NCBI GenBank assembly: GCA_038244115.1
Contig: JBBRTU010000002.1
Location: 131,238-195,237 of the forward strand
Length of the DNA stretch: 64,000 bases
Direction: 5' to 3'
From: Burkholderiales bacterium
Lineage (GTDB): Bacteria > Pseudomonadota > Gammaproteobacteria > Burkholderiales > JBBRTU01
Within the stretch, counting starts at the first letter, position 1, and each line of letters opens with the position of its first letter. The position numbers and the translations under genes were made by a program. Shown one piece after another: positions 40,390 to 47,386 of this stretch. The notes under the pieces are model-generated. The model ran no database searches, had not been told where the DNA came from, and was given only the letters and a program-made list of their open reading frames with translations.

Positions 40390-42014
40390 GTACTGATTTC
40401 GAAAGTAAGCGAGTACTGGTTGTGGATGATGACCACGGCATGCGCAGCTCCATGCGCGTGATCCTCAGCACTTTTGGCATCACCCGCTCTGACATGGCGG
40501 CCACTGCCAATGAAGCGATCCGCCGTCTGCAAAACTTACCCTACGACATTATCATGTGCGACTACTTCCTGGGTGATGGCCGCGATGGCCAGCAACTGCT
40601 GGAGGAATTGCGTCACAATCGTCTCATTAAATTATCTACAGTATTTGTCATGGTGACCGCGGAGCGTGGCTACGAAAAAGTAGTGAGCGCGGTTGAGTTG
40701 GCGCCGGACGACTATCTCATCAAGCCGTTTACCGGCGAGCAACTGCGTTCCCGCCTAGAACGCGCGATTTTAAAAAAAGAAGCATTCGCTCCGGTCTACG
40801 AGCTTATGGAAAGTGGTGATTTTCGCGCCGCAATCGCAGCATGTGACGCCATGCTCAAACAGGAGAGCAAGTACGCCATTGACTTTATCCGCCTCAAGGG
40901 AGAGCTGTGCGTTACAGTCGGCGATTTCGCGGAGGCTGAGCGTATTTACCAGCAAGTATTGAGTTCACGAGCCATTCCATGGGCGCGCATGGGTCTGGGC
41001 AAGGCGCTATTTCTTCAAGACAAGTTTGAGGAAGCAGAAGAAATTTTCCAGGAGGTCGTTACAGCCAGTCCTCAATATCTCGAAGCATACGACTGGCTTG
41101 CCGATGCGCATGCCGCCGCAGGCAAGGGAAACGAGGCGCAGGAAATCTTGGCGGCGGGGGCCGCGCGCGCGCCCAACACGCTGCCCAGGCAACGAAAATT
41201 GGGCAGAATAGCTCATCGTAATGGCGACCTGGAGGCGGCGGAGAAGGCTTTTTCCGCCGTGGTGCAAAAAGGCAAACATTCGTATTTTCGCAGCCCGGAC
41301 GACTACGTCAACCTGGGAGGCGTTTTATCGGATAAGGGCAATTTTCAGGAAGCCTTGTCTTTAATGAAGGAGGCGCGCACCCAGTTCAATCACTCCCCCG
41401 AAGCTTCGATGTGCGCGGCAGTGATGGAAAGCGTCATCCACAAAAAGACCGGCAACGAGGAAGAGGCGCAAGCCTCACTCGACGAGGCGTTGCAATGGCA
41501 GGAACGCTACAAGCCGCCTGTTTCAAACCAGATGAAACTCAATATGGCCAATGCCTGTTTTGTGAATGGCCGCGAAGAAGTAGGCAACGAAATTGTCGGC
41601 GACCTGATCAAGAACAACCATGAAGACAAGGCCGTGATGAAACTGGCGGAGCGCATGTTTGAATCTATCGGTCGCGGTGATGCGGGTAAACGATTGATTG
41701 AGGCCAGTTCCAAAGAAATTATTCGCCTCAATAACCAGGCGGTGCGTAAAGCGCAGGAGGGCGACCTGGAAGGCGCCATCGCCATGCTGAAAGACGCGGC
41801 GGTGAAACTGCCGGGTAATGGTCAGATTGTGTTAAACGCTGCTCACGCGCTGTTGGCTTGTGTCGATAAAACAGGCTGGAATGCCGAACACATGGCGGAT
41901 GCGAAACGCTTTCTGGAAAGCGCAAAAGCAAAAGATCCATCTAACCCAAAACTGGGCAAGCTCAGCGCATATCTTCAGGAAGTCGGCAAAAAATACGGTT
42001 CGGGCAAAAGTTAA
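40386..42014 (+). CDS. Response regulator with REC domain fused to a long TPR region
   Basis: 542-aa ORF with REC motifs VLVVDDD, DIIMCDYFL (acceptor Asp), MVTAE and LIKPF. About 400 aa of TPR-like helical repeats follow. The ATG overlaps the livF stop (ATGA at 40386-40389). Confidence 0.8.
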   Translation: MSTDFESKRVLVVDDDHGMRSSMRVILSTFGITRSDMAATANEAIRRLQNLPYDIIMCDYFLGDGRDGQQLLEELRHNRLIKLSTVFVMVTAERGYEKVVSAVELAPDDYLIKPFTGEQLRSRLERAILKKEAFAPVYELMESGDFRAAIAACDAMLKQESKYAIDFIRLKGELCVTVGDFAEAERIYQQVLSSRAIPWARMGLGKALFLQDKFEEAEEIFQEVVTASPQYLEAYDWLADAHAAAGKGNEAQEILAAGAARAPNTLPRQRKLGRIAHRNGDLEAAEKAFSAVVQKGKHSYFRSPDDYVNLGGVLSDKGNFQEALSLMKEARTQFNHSPEASMCAAVMESVIHKKTGNEEEAQASLDEALQWQERYKPPVSNQMKLNMANACFVNGREEVGNEIVGDLIKNNHEDKAVMKLAERMFESIGRGDAGKRLIEASSKEIIRLNNQAVRKAQEGDLEGAIAMLKDAAVKLPGNGQIVLNAAHALLACVDKTGWNAEHMADAKRFLESAKAKDPSNPKLGKLSAYLQEVGKKYGSGKS

Positions 42015-42029
42015 TTTTAGAGGCGAAAA

Positions 42030-42725
42030 ATGGCAGACCAACTCGCGCAACAACCACTTACCCCAGATTTGGCCACCCTCCTTGCCGGCAATATTCACGA
42101 GGTAAAAAACCTTCTGGCGCAATTGTTCCTCGCCCTGGACGAAGCCTCGTTTACTGCACAAACCGATTGCCCCCATCTGGCGCAACGCCTCACCGAGATG
42201 CGTTTGACGGGGCGCCGGGTGCATGACCGGCTGCTGCATATCCTCACTGTGTACAAAGCAGAAAGCGGGTTTTTTTCCGCCAACCTCAATGCATACGATC
42301 CCGCCGAAGTAATTGAAGATCTTGCGCTGGAAGCAAAGTCCCTCGTGGGCAAGCGCTTGAGCGTGACCAATGAATGTCACGCACCGCCACATTGGTATTT
42401 TGATCGCTACCTGGTGGAAAGCGCGCTGACCAACGCGCTACACAACTCGCTACGTCAGGCTCGCTCTCGTATCGCGCTCAGTGCGCATGATGAAGACGGT
42501 TATTTGGTGCTGAAAGTCGAAGACGACGGCCCCGGCTTTCCAGAGGACATGTTGCGAAACGATTCGGTACCATTGTCCAATGGAGAGGAAGGCCGCACTG
42601 GACTGGGTTTGTATTTTTCCCGCACAGCCGCCGCCGCTCATCGGGACAAGGAACGAGCCGGCTTCGTCCGCATCGAAAACGGCGGGAGCTTAGGCGGCGC
42701 AGTGTTTTCGCTTTATCTGCCGTAA
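42030..42725 (+). CDS. Soluble sensor-less histidine kinase core (DHp + HATPase_c only)
   Basis: 231-aa ORF with H-box NIHEVKNLL about 20 aa from the N-terminus, N-box LTNALHNSLRQA, G1 EDDGPGFP and G2 GRTGLGLYFS. It has no TM or sensory domain. Confidence 0.75.
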   Translation: MADQLAQQPLTPDLATLLAGNIHEVKNLLAQLFLALDEASFTAQTDCPHLAQRLTEMRLTGRRVHDRLLHILTVYKAESGFFSANLNAYDPAEVIEDLALEAKSLVGKRLSVTNECHAPPHWYFDRYLVESALTNALHNSLRQARSRIALSAHDEDGYLVLKVEDDGPGFPEDMLRNDSVPLSNGEEGRTGLGLYFSRTAAAAHRDKERAGFVRIENGGSLGGAVFSLYLP

Positions 42726-43049
42726 CACGTGGTGTGTCCAAACTTATGTAGGCAATAGTAGCGCAGGCACATTGACCACCTGTGTCGACCCTCATTGACC
42801 GAGTCTCTGACTATACCCTTGCAATAGCCGCTTTCGGGTGGAGGTTCCACTTACCTTAAATGTCGCAGTCGTGCCAATTGCTGCCATATGTGAATGTCCG
42901 TTGTTGGATCGCGAAATAATGCCGACTATTATTGCTAACCACCTTAGCCGGTCGCGCCACGCACAATTGACGTCGAAAAACTTTACACTTTTCAACGCTC
43001 AACGAGCGATCACTTTCCCAATATAATGAATTAATTGTCTTTATTTTTT

Positions 43050-43065
43050 CGGCATGATTATTGCT
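43050..43065 (+). promoter_or_regulatory. Sigma-54 (-24/-12) promoter CGGCATG-N4-TTGCT
   Basis: cggcatgattattgct has GG and GC at the correct spacing. It is nearly identical to the element at 29198-29213 and lies 86 nt upstream of the start at 43151. Confidence 0.6.
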
Positions 43066-43150
43066 TAAGTTTCCGGCAGTACCAATAAGCTGCGTAGCTT
43101 CTTTTCAAACGCACGAAATACACTCAATAATTATTTAACTGGAGGAAAAT

Positions 43151-43867
43151 TTGAAGTCCAACTCTTGCACCCTACTTGTAATCACATCCCTGTGCCTAGG
43201 TTCGCTGTCTGTGTCCTCTGCATATGCGGCTAGCTACTCAATTGCCGTTATGAATATAACAAGCGGTGGGTTTGTCGCTTATGACTATCTAAATCAACCG
43301 GTTACCAACCCAGATTCAGGCGGTACTTTCACACCTTTTTCAATAATTGGATCTAATACGAATTTGGTCGGGGGCTATCTCGGCAACACCAGTTCTGGCG
43401 CTTTAAGTGGGTTTTGGTATGGCGGCGCATTCCAGATGTACACCGCGCCTTCCAATTTGGGCGGCACTTATGTGCCAGCAGGAACTGTTCAAGGCGGTCT
43501 AGTACCTAGCGGCACGCTAGATAATGTTGCCGGCACTATAACAATGGATTTAAGCTCTTTATTTGCTTACTGGGGTGGTCTTGACTTTCACCAAGGAACC
43601 GGAAAGAACGACGGAGTAACTTCGACACTTGCAACTGGACTATGGGACTCAAGCAGCGGGCATTACAGTTTGTCATGGACTTCAAGTACTAATTTTTCAA
43701 ATAGCAATCCTTACGTGTGCGATTTTCAGTCACCAACTTGCTCGGCAAAATACACGCTAGAAGGTTATGCTGCCACCAGTGCAGTACCTGTCCCTGCGGC
43801 AGTTTATCTGCTTGGATCCGGCATACTTGGCCTCTTAGGCTTTGTTAGCAGGCGCAAGTCAGCTTAA
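43151..43867 (+). CDS. Secreted protein with VPxPA-type (PEP-CTERM-like) C-terminal sorting signal
   Basis: 238-aa ORF with a TTG start 6 nt after ggagga and a signal peptide. The C-terminus is SAVPVPAAVYLLGSGILGLLGFVSRRKSA (motif + TM + basic tail). Confidence 0.75.
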   Translation: MKSNSCTLLVITSLCLGSLSVSSAYAASYSIAVMNITSGGFVAYDYLNQPVTNPDSGGTFTPFSIIGSNTNLVGGYLGNTSSGALSGFWYGGAFQMYTAPSNLGGTYVPAGTVQGGLVPSGTLDNVAGTITMDLSSLFAYWGGLDFHQGTGKNDGVTSTLATGLWDSSSGHYSLSWTSSTNFSNSNPYVCDFQSPTCSAKYTLEGYAATSAVPVPAAVYLLGSGILGLLGFVSRRKSA

Positions 43868-43887
43868 AAAACTTTGATTGTTAACGA

Positions 43888-43913
43888 AAACGGCGACCAT
43901 TGTGTCGCCGTTT
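43888..43913 (+). terminator. Stem-loop, probable terminator between convergent genes
   Basis: aaacggcgac-cattgt-gtcgccgttt, a 10-bp stem. The weak T-tract (ttt) is partly inside the stem. Confidence 0.55.
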
Positions 43914-44031
43914 CTGCTTCTGGAATTGCACGCTGAAGGTCGGCTTTCGGGCAGTGAATTTGCAAGGTCGTATGACCGCATGGTGTCGATTTTTGCCCGT
44001 AAGAATTTGAACAAAGCGGACGCTGCTGGTT

Positions 44032-45321
44032 CTAAATCGGTTCAAAGTCTGCGGCTATGGCGTCAGCGGTTGTAGCGTTCAAACCCGCTTTGTTGGCAAA
44101 TTTCAACCAGCTATCCAGGGCGGCGCGCACGTCCGCCAGCAAATCCAATGGGCGACGGACGCCAAAACGATCCGCTTCTATCAATAAATCGGCGCGCGTA
44201 ATCGCGCCGAACTTCCCGTTGACGTTCATCAGATGCTGATAAGTCCATTCCCCCCGGGGGTTGTAAGCATGCGTCACGTCGTAGGCCGGAGCCAGTTCCC
44301 ATGATCCGCCCTGCTTCAGGCGGAAAGCAGAATTCTTGGTGTGATCGTCACAGTTTTTTGCCATGACATTAAATGCCATGCGGCGGAAAGCTTGGCTGAT
44401 GGCTTCGTCTCCCAATTTGAGCTTGGCGATAACCATGAAAAGCTGGGCGTAGGCATGGGTGGCGCGTTGCTTGTAGTCAAGGTGATCCAGGGCGCAGAGT
44501 GTTTGCACGTGGTGCTTGATAGTGCCTTGGTCACGCGCTTCACGGTCGAAGCGGCGAGTCATGAAGTGAGCTCGGCCACCTTCTTCCAGCAACCGACAAG
44601 GTGACATGCTGATGCCGGCGGCAGTAGCCATCAGCTGGTAGGCGTATTCGATGCGGCCGTAATCCGCAGTGCCGCCCAATTCCAGGTCTTTGCCAATGCC
44701 ATCGAACTTGAGCAACCAATGCTCGAAGCCGGGGGCGGCATCGAACTGGCCGCTGCGAATCTGGTTTGTCTGCGGGTTCCAAGTGACGACTGCTTTCGCA
44801 CGCGCGCCACCCGCAGAGGTGCCGACCCGGATGACATTGGCGAGCGCTGCCTGCGCCTGCACGTCGCCGGACAGATCGCCATGAACCACTTTGCGCGCAG
44901 TTTCTACCAGCGTTTGCATCTCCAGCGGTTCGGCGCTTTCACGATGAGCGCCGCGTGCGGGTTTAAATTCCAGCGCGCCCATGCCACGCTTGCCCATGTA
45001 GGCGAGACGATCGAGCGTGGTGATGGCGCGTTTTTCGACCCCCTTGCGGGTCATCCAGGCATCGATTAGCGCATTGCCGAAGTCGTCGGGCAGCGCGTCG
45101 GCAAGCAATCCGGGCAGTCGTTTGAAGCTGGGTTCGGAAAGATCAGGAAAAGCAAAGGTGGGCTGGATATCATCCAGCGGCATAGTGAGCGGTGCCAATT
45201 CGATTCCGCTACGCCGCCAGGCGGGGTCGTAGGCAAACACATAACAGCCCAGGCGCGGATCTGGCGCCACGGCGCCAACACGCTTACCCCAGATGCGCAC
45301 TTCAATGACTGGGGTATCCAT
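44032..45321 (-). CDS. hipA: Type II toxin HipA-family Ser/Thr kinase
   Basis: 429-aa ORF with a typical HipA N-terminal coupling domain (IWGKRVGAV...) and a kinase core with NCDDHTKNSAF (catalytic loop D.H.KN). Confidence 0.9.
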   Translation of the reverse strand: MDTPVIEVRIWGKRVGAVAPDPRLGCYVFAYDPAWRRSGIELAPLTMPLDDIQPTFAFPDLSEPSFKRLPGLLADALPDDFGNALIDAWMTRKGVEKRAITTLDRLAYMGKRGMGALEFKPARGAHRESAEPLEMQTLVETARKVVHGDLSGDVQAQAALANVIRVGTSAGGARAKAVVTWNPQTNQIRSGQFDAAPGFEHWLLKFDGIGKDLELGGTADYGRIEYAYQLMATAAGISMSPCRLLEEGGRAHFMTRRFDREARDQGTIKHHVQTLCALDHLDYKQRATHAYAQLFMVIAKLKLGDEAISQAFRRMAFNVMAKNCDDHTKNSAFRLKQGGSWELAPAYDVTHAYNPRGEWTYQHLMNVNGKFGAITRADLLIEADRFGVRRPLDLLADVRAALDSWLKFANKAGLNATTADAIAADFEPI

Positions 45322-45641
45322 CAGCTTTCTTTGCGTAGCTTGGCAGTTCGCCGCGCGCGTTGCGGCGCTTTGGCCTGACGCAACAAATCTAGTGGGTTAA
45401 CGCTGATTTCTGGCGCAAGCATCTCAATCCCCTGAAGATATTCGAGCGCCTTCAATACACGCAACAAAGTTTCCACAGTTGAGCCTCGCCCGGCTTCAAG
45501 ATTGCGCAGCGCTTTTTCAGAGATGCCGGCTTTCTCGGCGGTGGTACGTTGATCTAGATTGCGATTTAGACGCAAGCGTCGTAGCCGTTTCCCTAGTACG
45601 GTTTGGAGTTCTTCTGGCGTGTTGAATAGCAGTTCACTCAT
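45321..45641 (-). CDS. hipB: HipB-like XRE-family HTH antitoxin
   Basis: 106-aa ORF with HTH LDQRTTAEKAGISEKALRNLEAG. Its stop overlaps the hipA start (TGATG). Confidence 0.85.
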   Translation of the reverse strand: MSELLFNTPEELQTVLGKRLRRLRLNRNLDQRTTAEKAGISEKALRNLEAGRGSTVETLLRVLKALEYLQGIEMLAPEISVNPLDLLRQAKAPQRARRTAKLRKES

Positions 45642-45650
45642 TCGGTCATT

Positions 45651-45798
45651 ATGTGCCGGTTAATTGAATTTATAGCACTTAAGTGGTAATTTTGTGCCGA
45701 ATGACTTTATGCCATCTAAAAGTCACTTAGTCAAGCGGTATTATTATGCCGATTAATATCGATTATCTATTTTAGCCGGCACATATTTGCCGGTTAAT
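45651..45798. promoter_or_regulatory. Repeat-rich hipBA control region (six TGCC(G/A)nTTAAT-like boxes)
   Basis: The exact 11-mer tgccggttaat occurs at 45654-45664 and 45788-45798. The inverted pair atgtgccgg / ccggcacat lies at 45651-45659 and 45776-45784. Related boxes are at 45693, 45708 and 45745. Confidence 0.5.
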
Positions 45799-45879
45799 AT
45801 ATTGCGCCTTTACTGACCCTTTGGATAATTTGTGCGCGCTCCAGTCACATTGATCGACGCAGGCTTTACCCTGATAGAC

Positions 45880-45907
45880 GTAGCGCAGGCGAGGGCGCCT
45901 GCGCTAC
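45880..45907 (-). terminator. Strong GC hairpin just after the last cytochrome gene (no U-tract)
   Basis: gtagcgcaggcg-aggg-cgcctgcgctac, a perfect 12-bp stem starting 6 nt after the stop codon at 45914-45916. Confidence 0.45.
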
Positions 45908-45913
45908 CAACAC

Positions 45914-47377
45914 TCACAGCATTTTCAGATATTCAATCAAGGCCTCCTTATCAGTAGCAGGCAGCGTGGTGCCGTATTCATGCCCCCGGTTGCTGTTACC
46001 TTTGCGGCTTGCGTCCTGCTTGGAGCCTACGCGTTGCGCATCCTCACCCTGCACGATGAAGCCGGCATTCACCTGGTCGTACACGTCATAACCACGGTAG
46101 AACACGCTGGGCCGTTCGGCGGCTGGCGTCAATAGATCGCGTAGCGTCGGCACCGAACCATTGTGCAGGTAGGGCGCACGCAGCCAGATGCCGTCGAGAA
46201 AGGGGATGAGGTAACCGGTCAGGGTTTCCTCCACCAGCCCCTTGCGTTCCAGCCCCATGTCGCGCACCGTCTTGTTGGCGGCAATGGCGGCGGACTTGTT
46301 CCACGAATCCAGGCGACCTCTGTCGGTGCCGATCTCGGCTAGCAGCATGCGTGTGCCGGTACGCGCGCTAGCGTGGCAACTGGCGCAGTGCTGGTCGAAC
46401 ACCGTCTTGCCCTGCGCCGCTTTGTGCTTATCCAGCGCAAACGGATACTTCGGCGCGGGTTCTTTCAACAAATACTCGTGCAACCACTTTACCTGGCCGA
46501 GAAACGCTTGCTTGTCGTGCGGCGCGGCGCCGAGCACGCCGAGCGCAGAATCCATAATGACGGAATAAGCGTCGTGGCTATCGCCAGCCAGATTCATGAA
46601 CATGCCTTGTTCCGCTTTGTACTTTTGCAGGTTCCATACCGATGGCATGTCTGTCGGACCGAAGGTGTCGTCCATCGGTGCCTTGATCATGAAGTACTTG
46701 GTGAGGTTCATCGCGTCATCGCGCCCGCGCCCCCAGTCGGGAAAGTCCTTGCGGTAGATCCAGGCGAACTGCGCTTCGCGCTCGAGCAATCTCTTTTTTG
46801 TCATGGGGATGATGAGGTAGCGGTAGGCCAATTTGTCGATCCAGTCGAGATCGGTCACCAGCGCAATTTCGGCCATTATGTTGTCGGCATTAAAGCGCGG
46901 ATCGCGCGCACAGTCGACCAGGTAGCGGAAAAATGCCTGGACGTTGGTGGTGTGCCCCGGGCCGGCCACCACGTAAGTTGGCTGCTCATCCGGCTTCGAG
47001 CGGTAGCTTGCGGTGTGACACACAGCGCAATTATTACCCACACGCGGGAAGCCGATAACCTTTTTGGTGAATCCTACCGGCAGCTCCTGGCCCGGTTCCC
47101 ATGGCACACCGAGCGAAGCGTAGCCACCCGGCCCCGGCAGTTTTTCCGGGAACATGCGCGGCAGTACGTAGAAAATCCAGTAAGGAATGCCGGCATCGAA
47201 CTCGGCGCCGATGGAGCCGTATTTGAAACGCATCTCGGGGGTGGCCGTCACCCAGTCAGGCTGCGCCTCCTCGCGAAAAAACTTGTACCAGCCGACAAAG
47301 GCGCCCACCATGCCGAGCACCAGCAGCGCAATGCCGAACGCACGCAACAGCCGGCAATTTTTCATCAAGCAAGCCAT
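45914..47377 (-). CDS. Membrane-anchored di-haem c-type cytochrome, CCP/MauG-like C-terminal signature (paralogue A)
   Basis: 487-aa ORF with an N-terminal TM anchor and two CxxCH sites (CAVCH, CASCH). Motifs LRAPYLHNGSVPTLRDLL and a C-terminal GHEYGTTLPATDKEALIEYLKML. RBS gggga precedes the ATG. Confidence 0.75.
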   Translation of the reverse strand: MACLMKNCRLLRAFGIALLVLGMVGAFVGWYKFFREEAQPDWVTATPEMRFKYGSIGAEFDAGIPYWIFYVLPRMFPEKLPGPGGYASLGVPWEPGQELPVGFTKKVIGFPRVGNNCAVCHTASYRSKPDEQPTYVVAGPGHTTNVQAFFRYLVDCARDPRFNADNIMAEIALVTDLDWIDKLAYRYLIIPMTKKRLLEREAQFAWIYRKDFPDWGRGRDDAMNLTKYFMIKAPMDDTFGPTDMPSVWNLQKYKAEQGMFMNLAGDSHDAYSVIMDSALGVLGAAPHDKQAFLGQVKWLHEYLLKEPAPKYPFALDKHKAAQGKTVFDQHCASCHASARTGTRMLLAEIGTDRGRLDSWNKSAAIAANKTVRDMGLERKGLVEETLTGYLIPFLDGIWLRAPYLHNGSVPTLRDLLTPAAERPSVFYRGYDVYDQVNAGFIVQGEDAQRVGSKQDASRKGNSNRGHEYGTTLPATDKEALIEYLKML

Positions 47378-47386
47378 GCTTTTCCC

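Noticed and set aside
42792-43026. Two small overlapping ORFs (67 aa minus strand, 62 aa plus strand) in the AT-rich spacer upstream of 43151.
   Set aside because: They are mutually exclusive, lack RBSs, and cover the region that carries the sigma-54 promoter and distal box. They were treated as non-coding.
43878-44075. A 65-aa plus-strand ORF between the VPxPA-CTERM gene and hipA.
   Set aside because: It starts inside the terminator hairpin and overlaps the hipA 3' end. It has no RBS or motifs.
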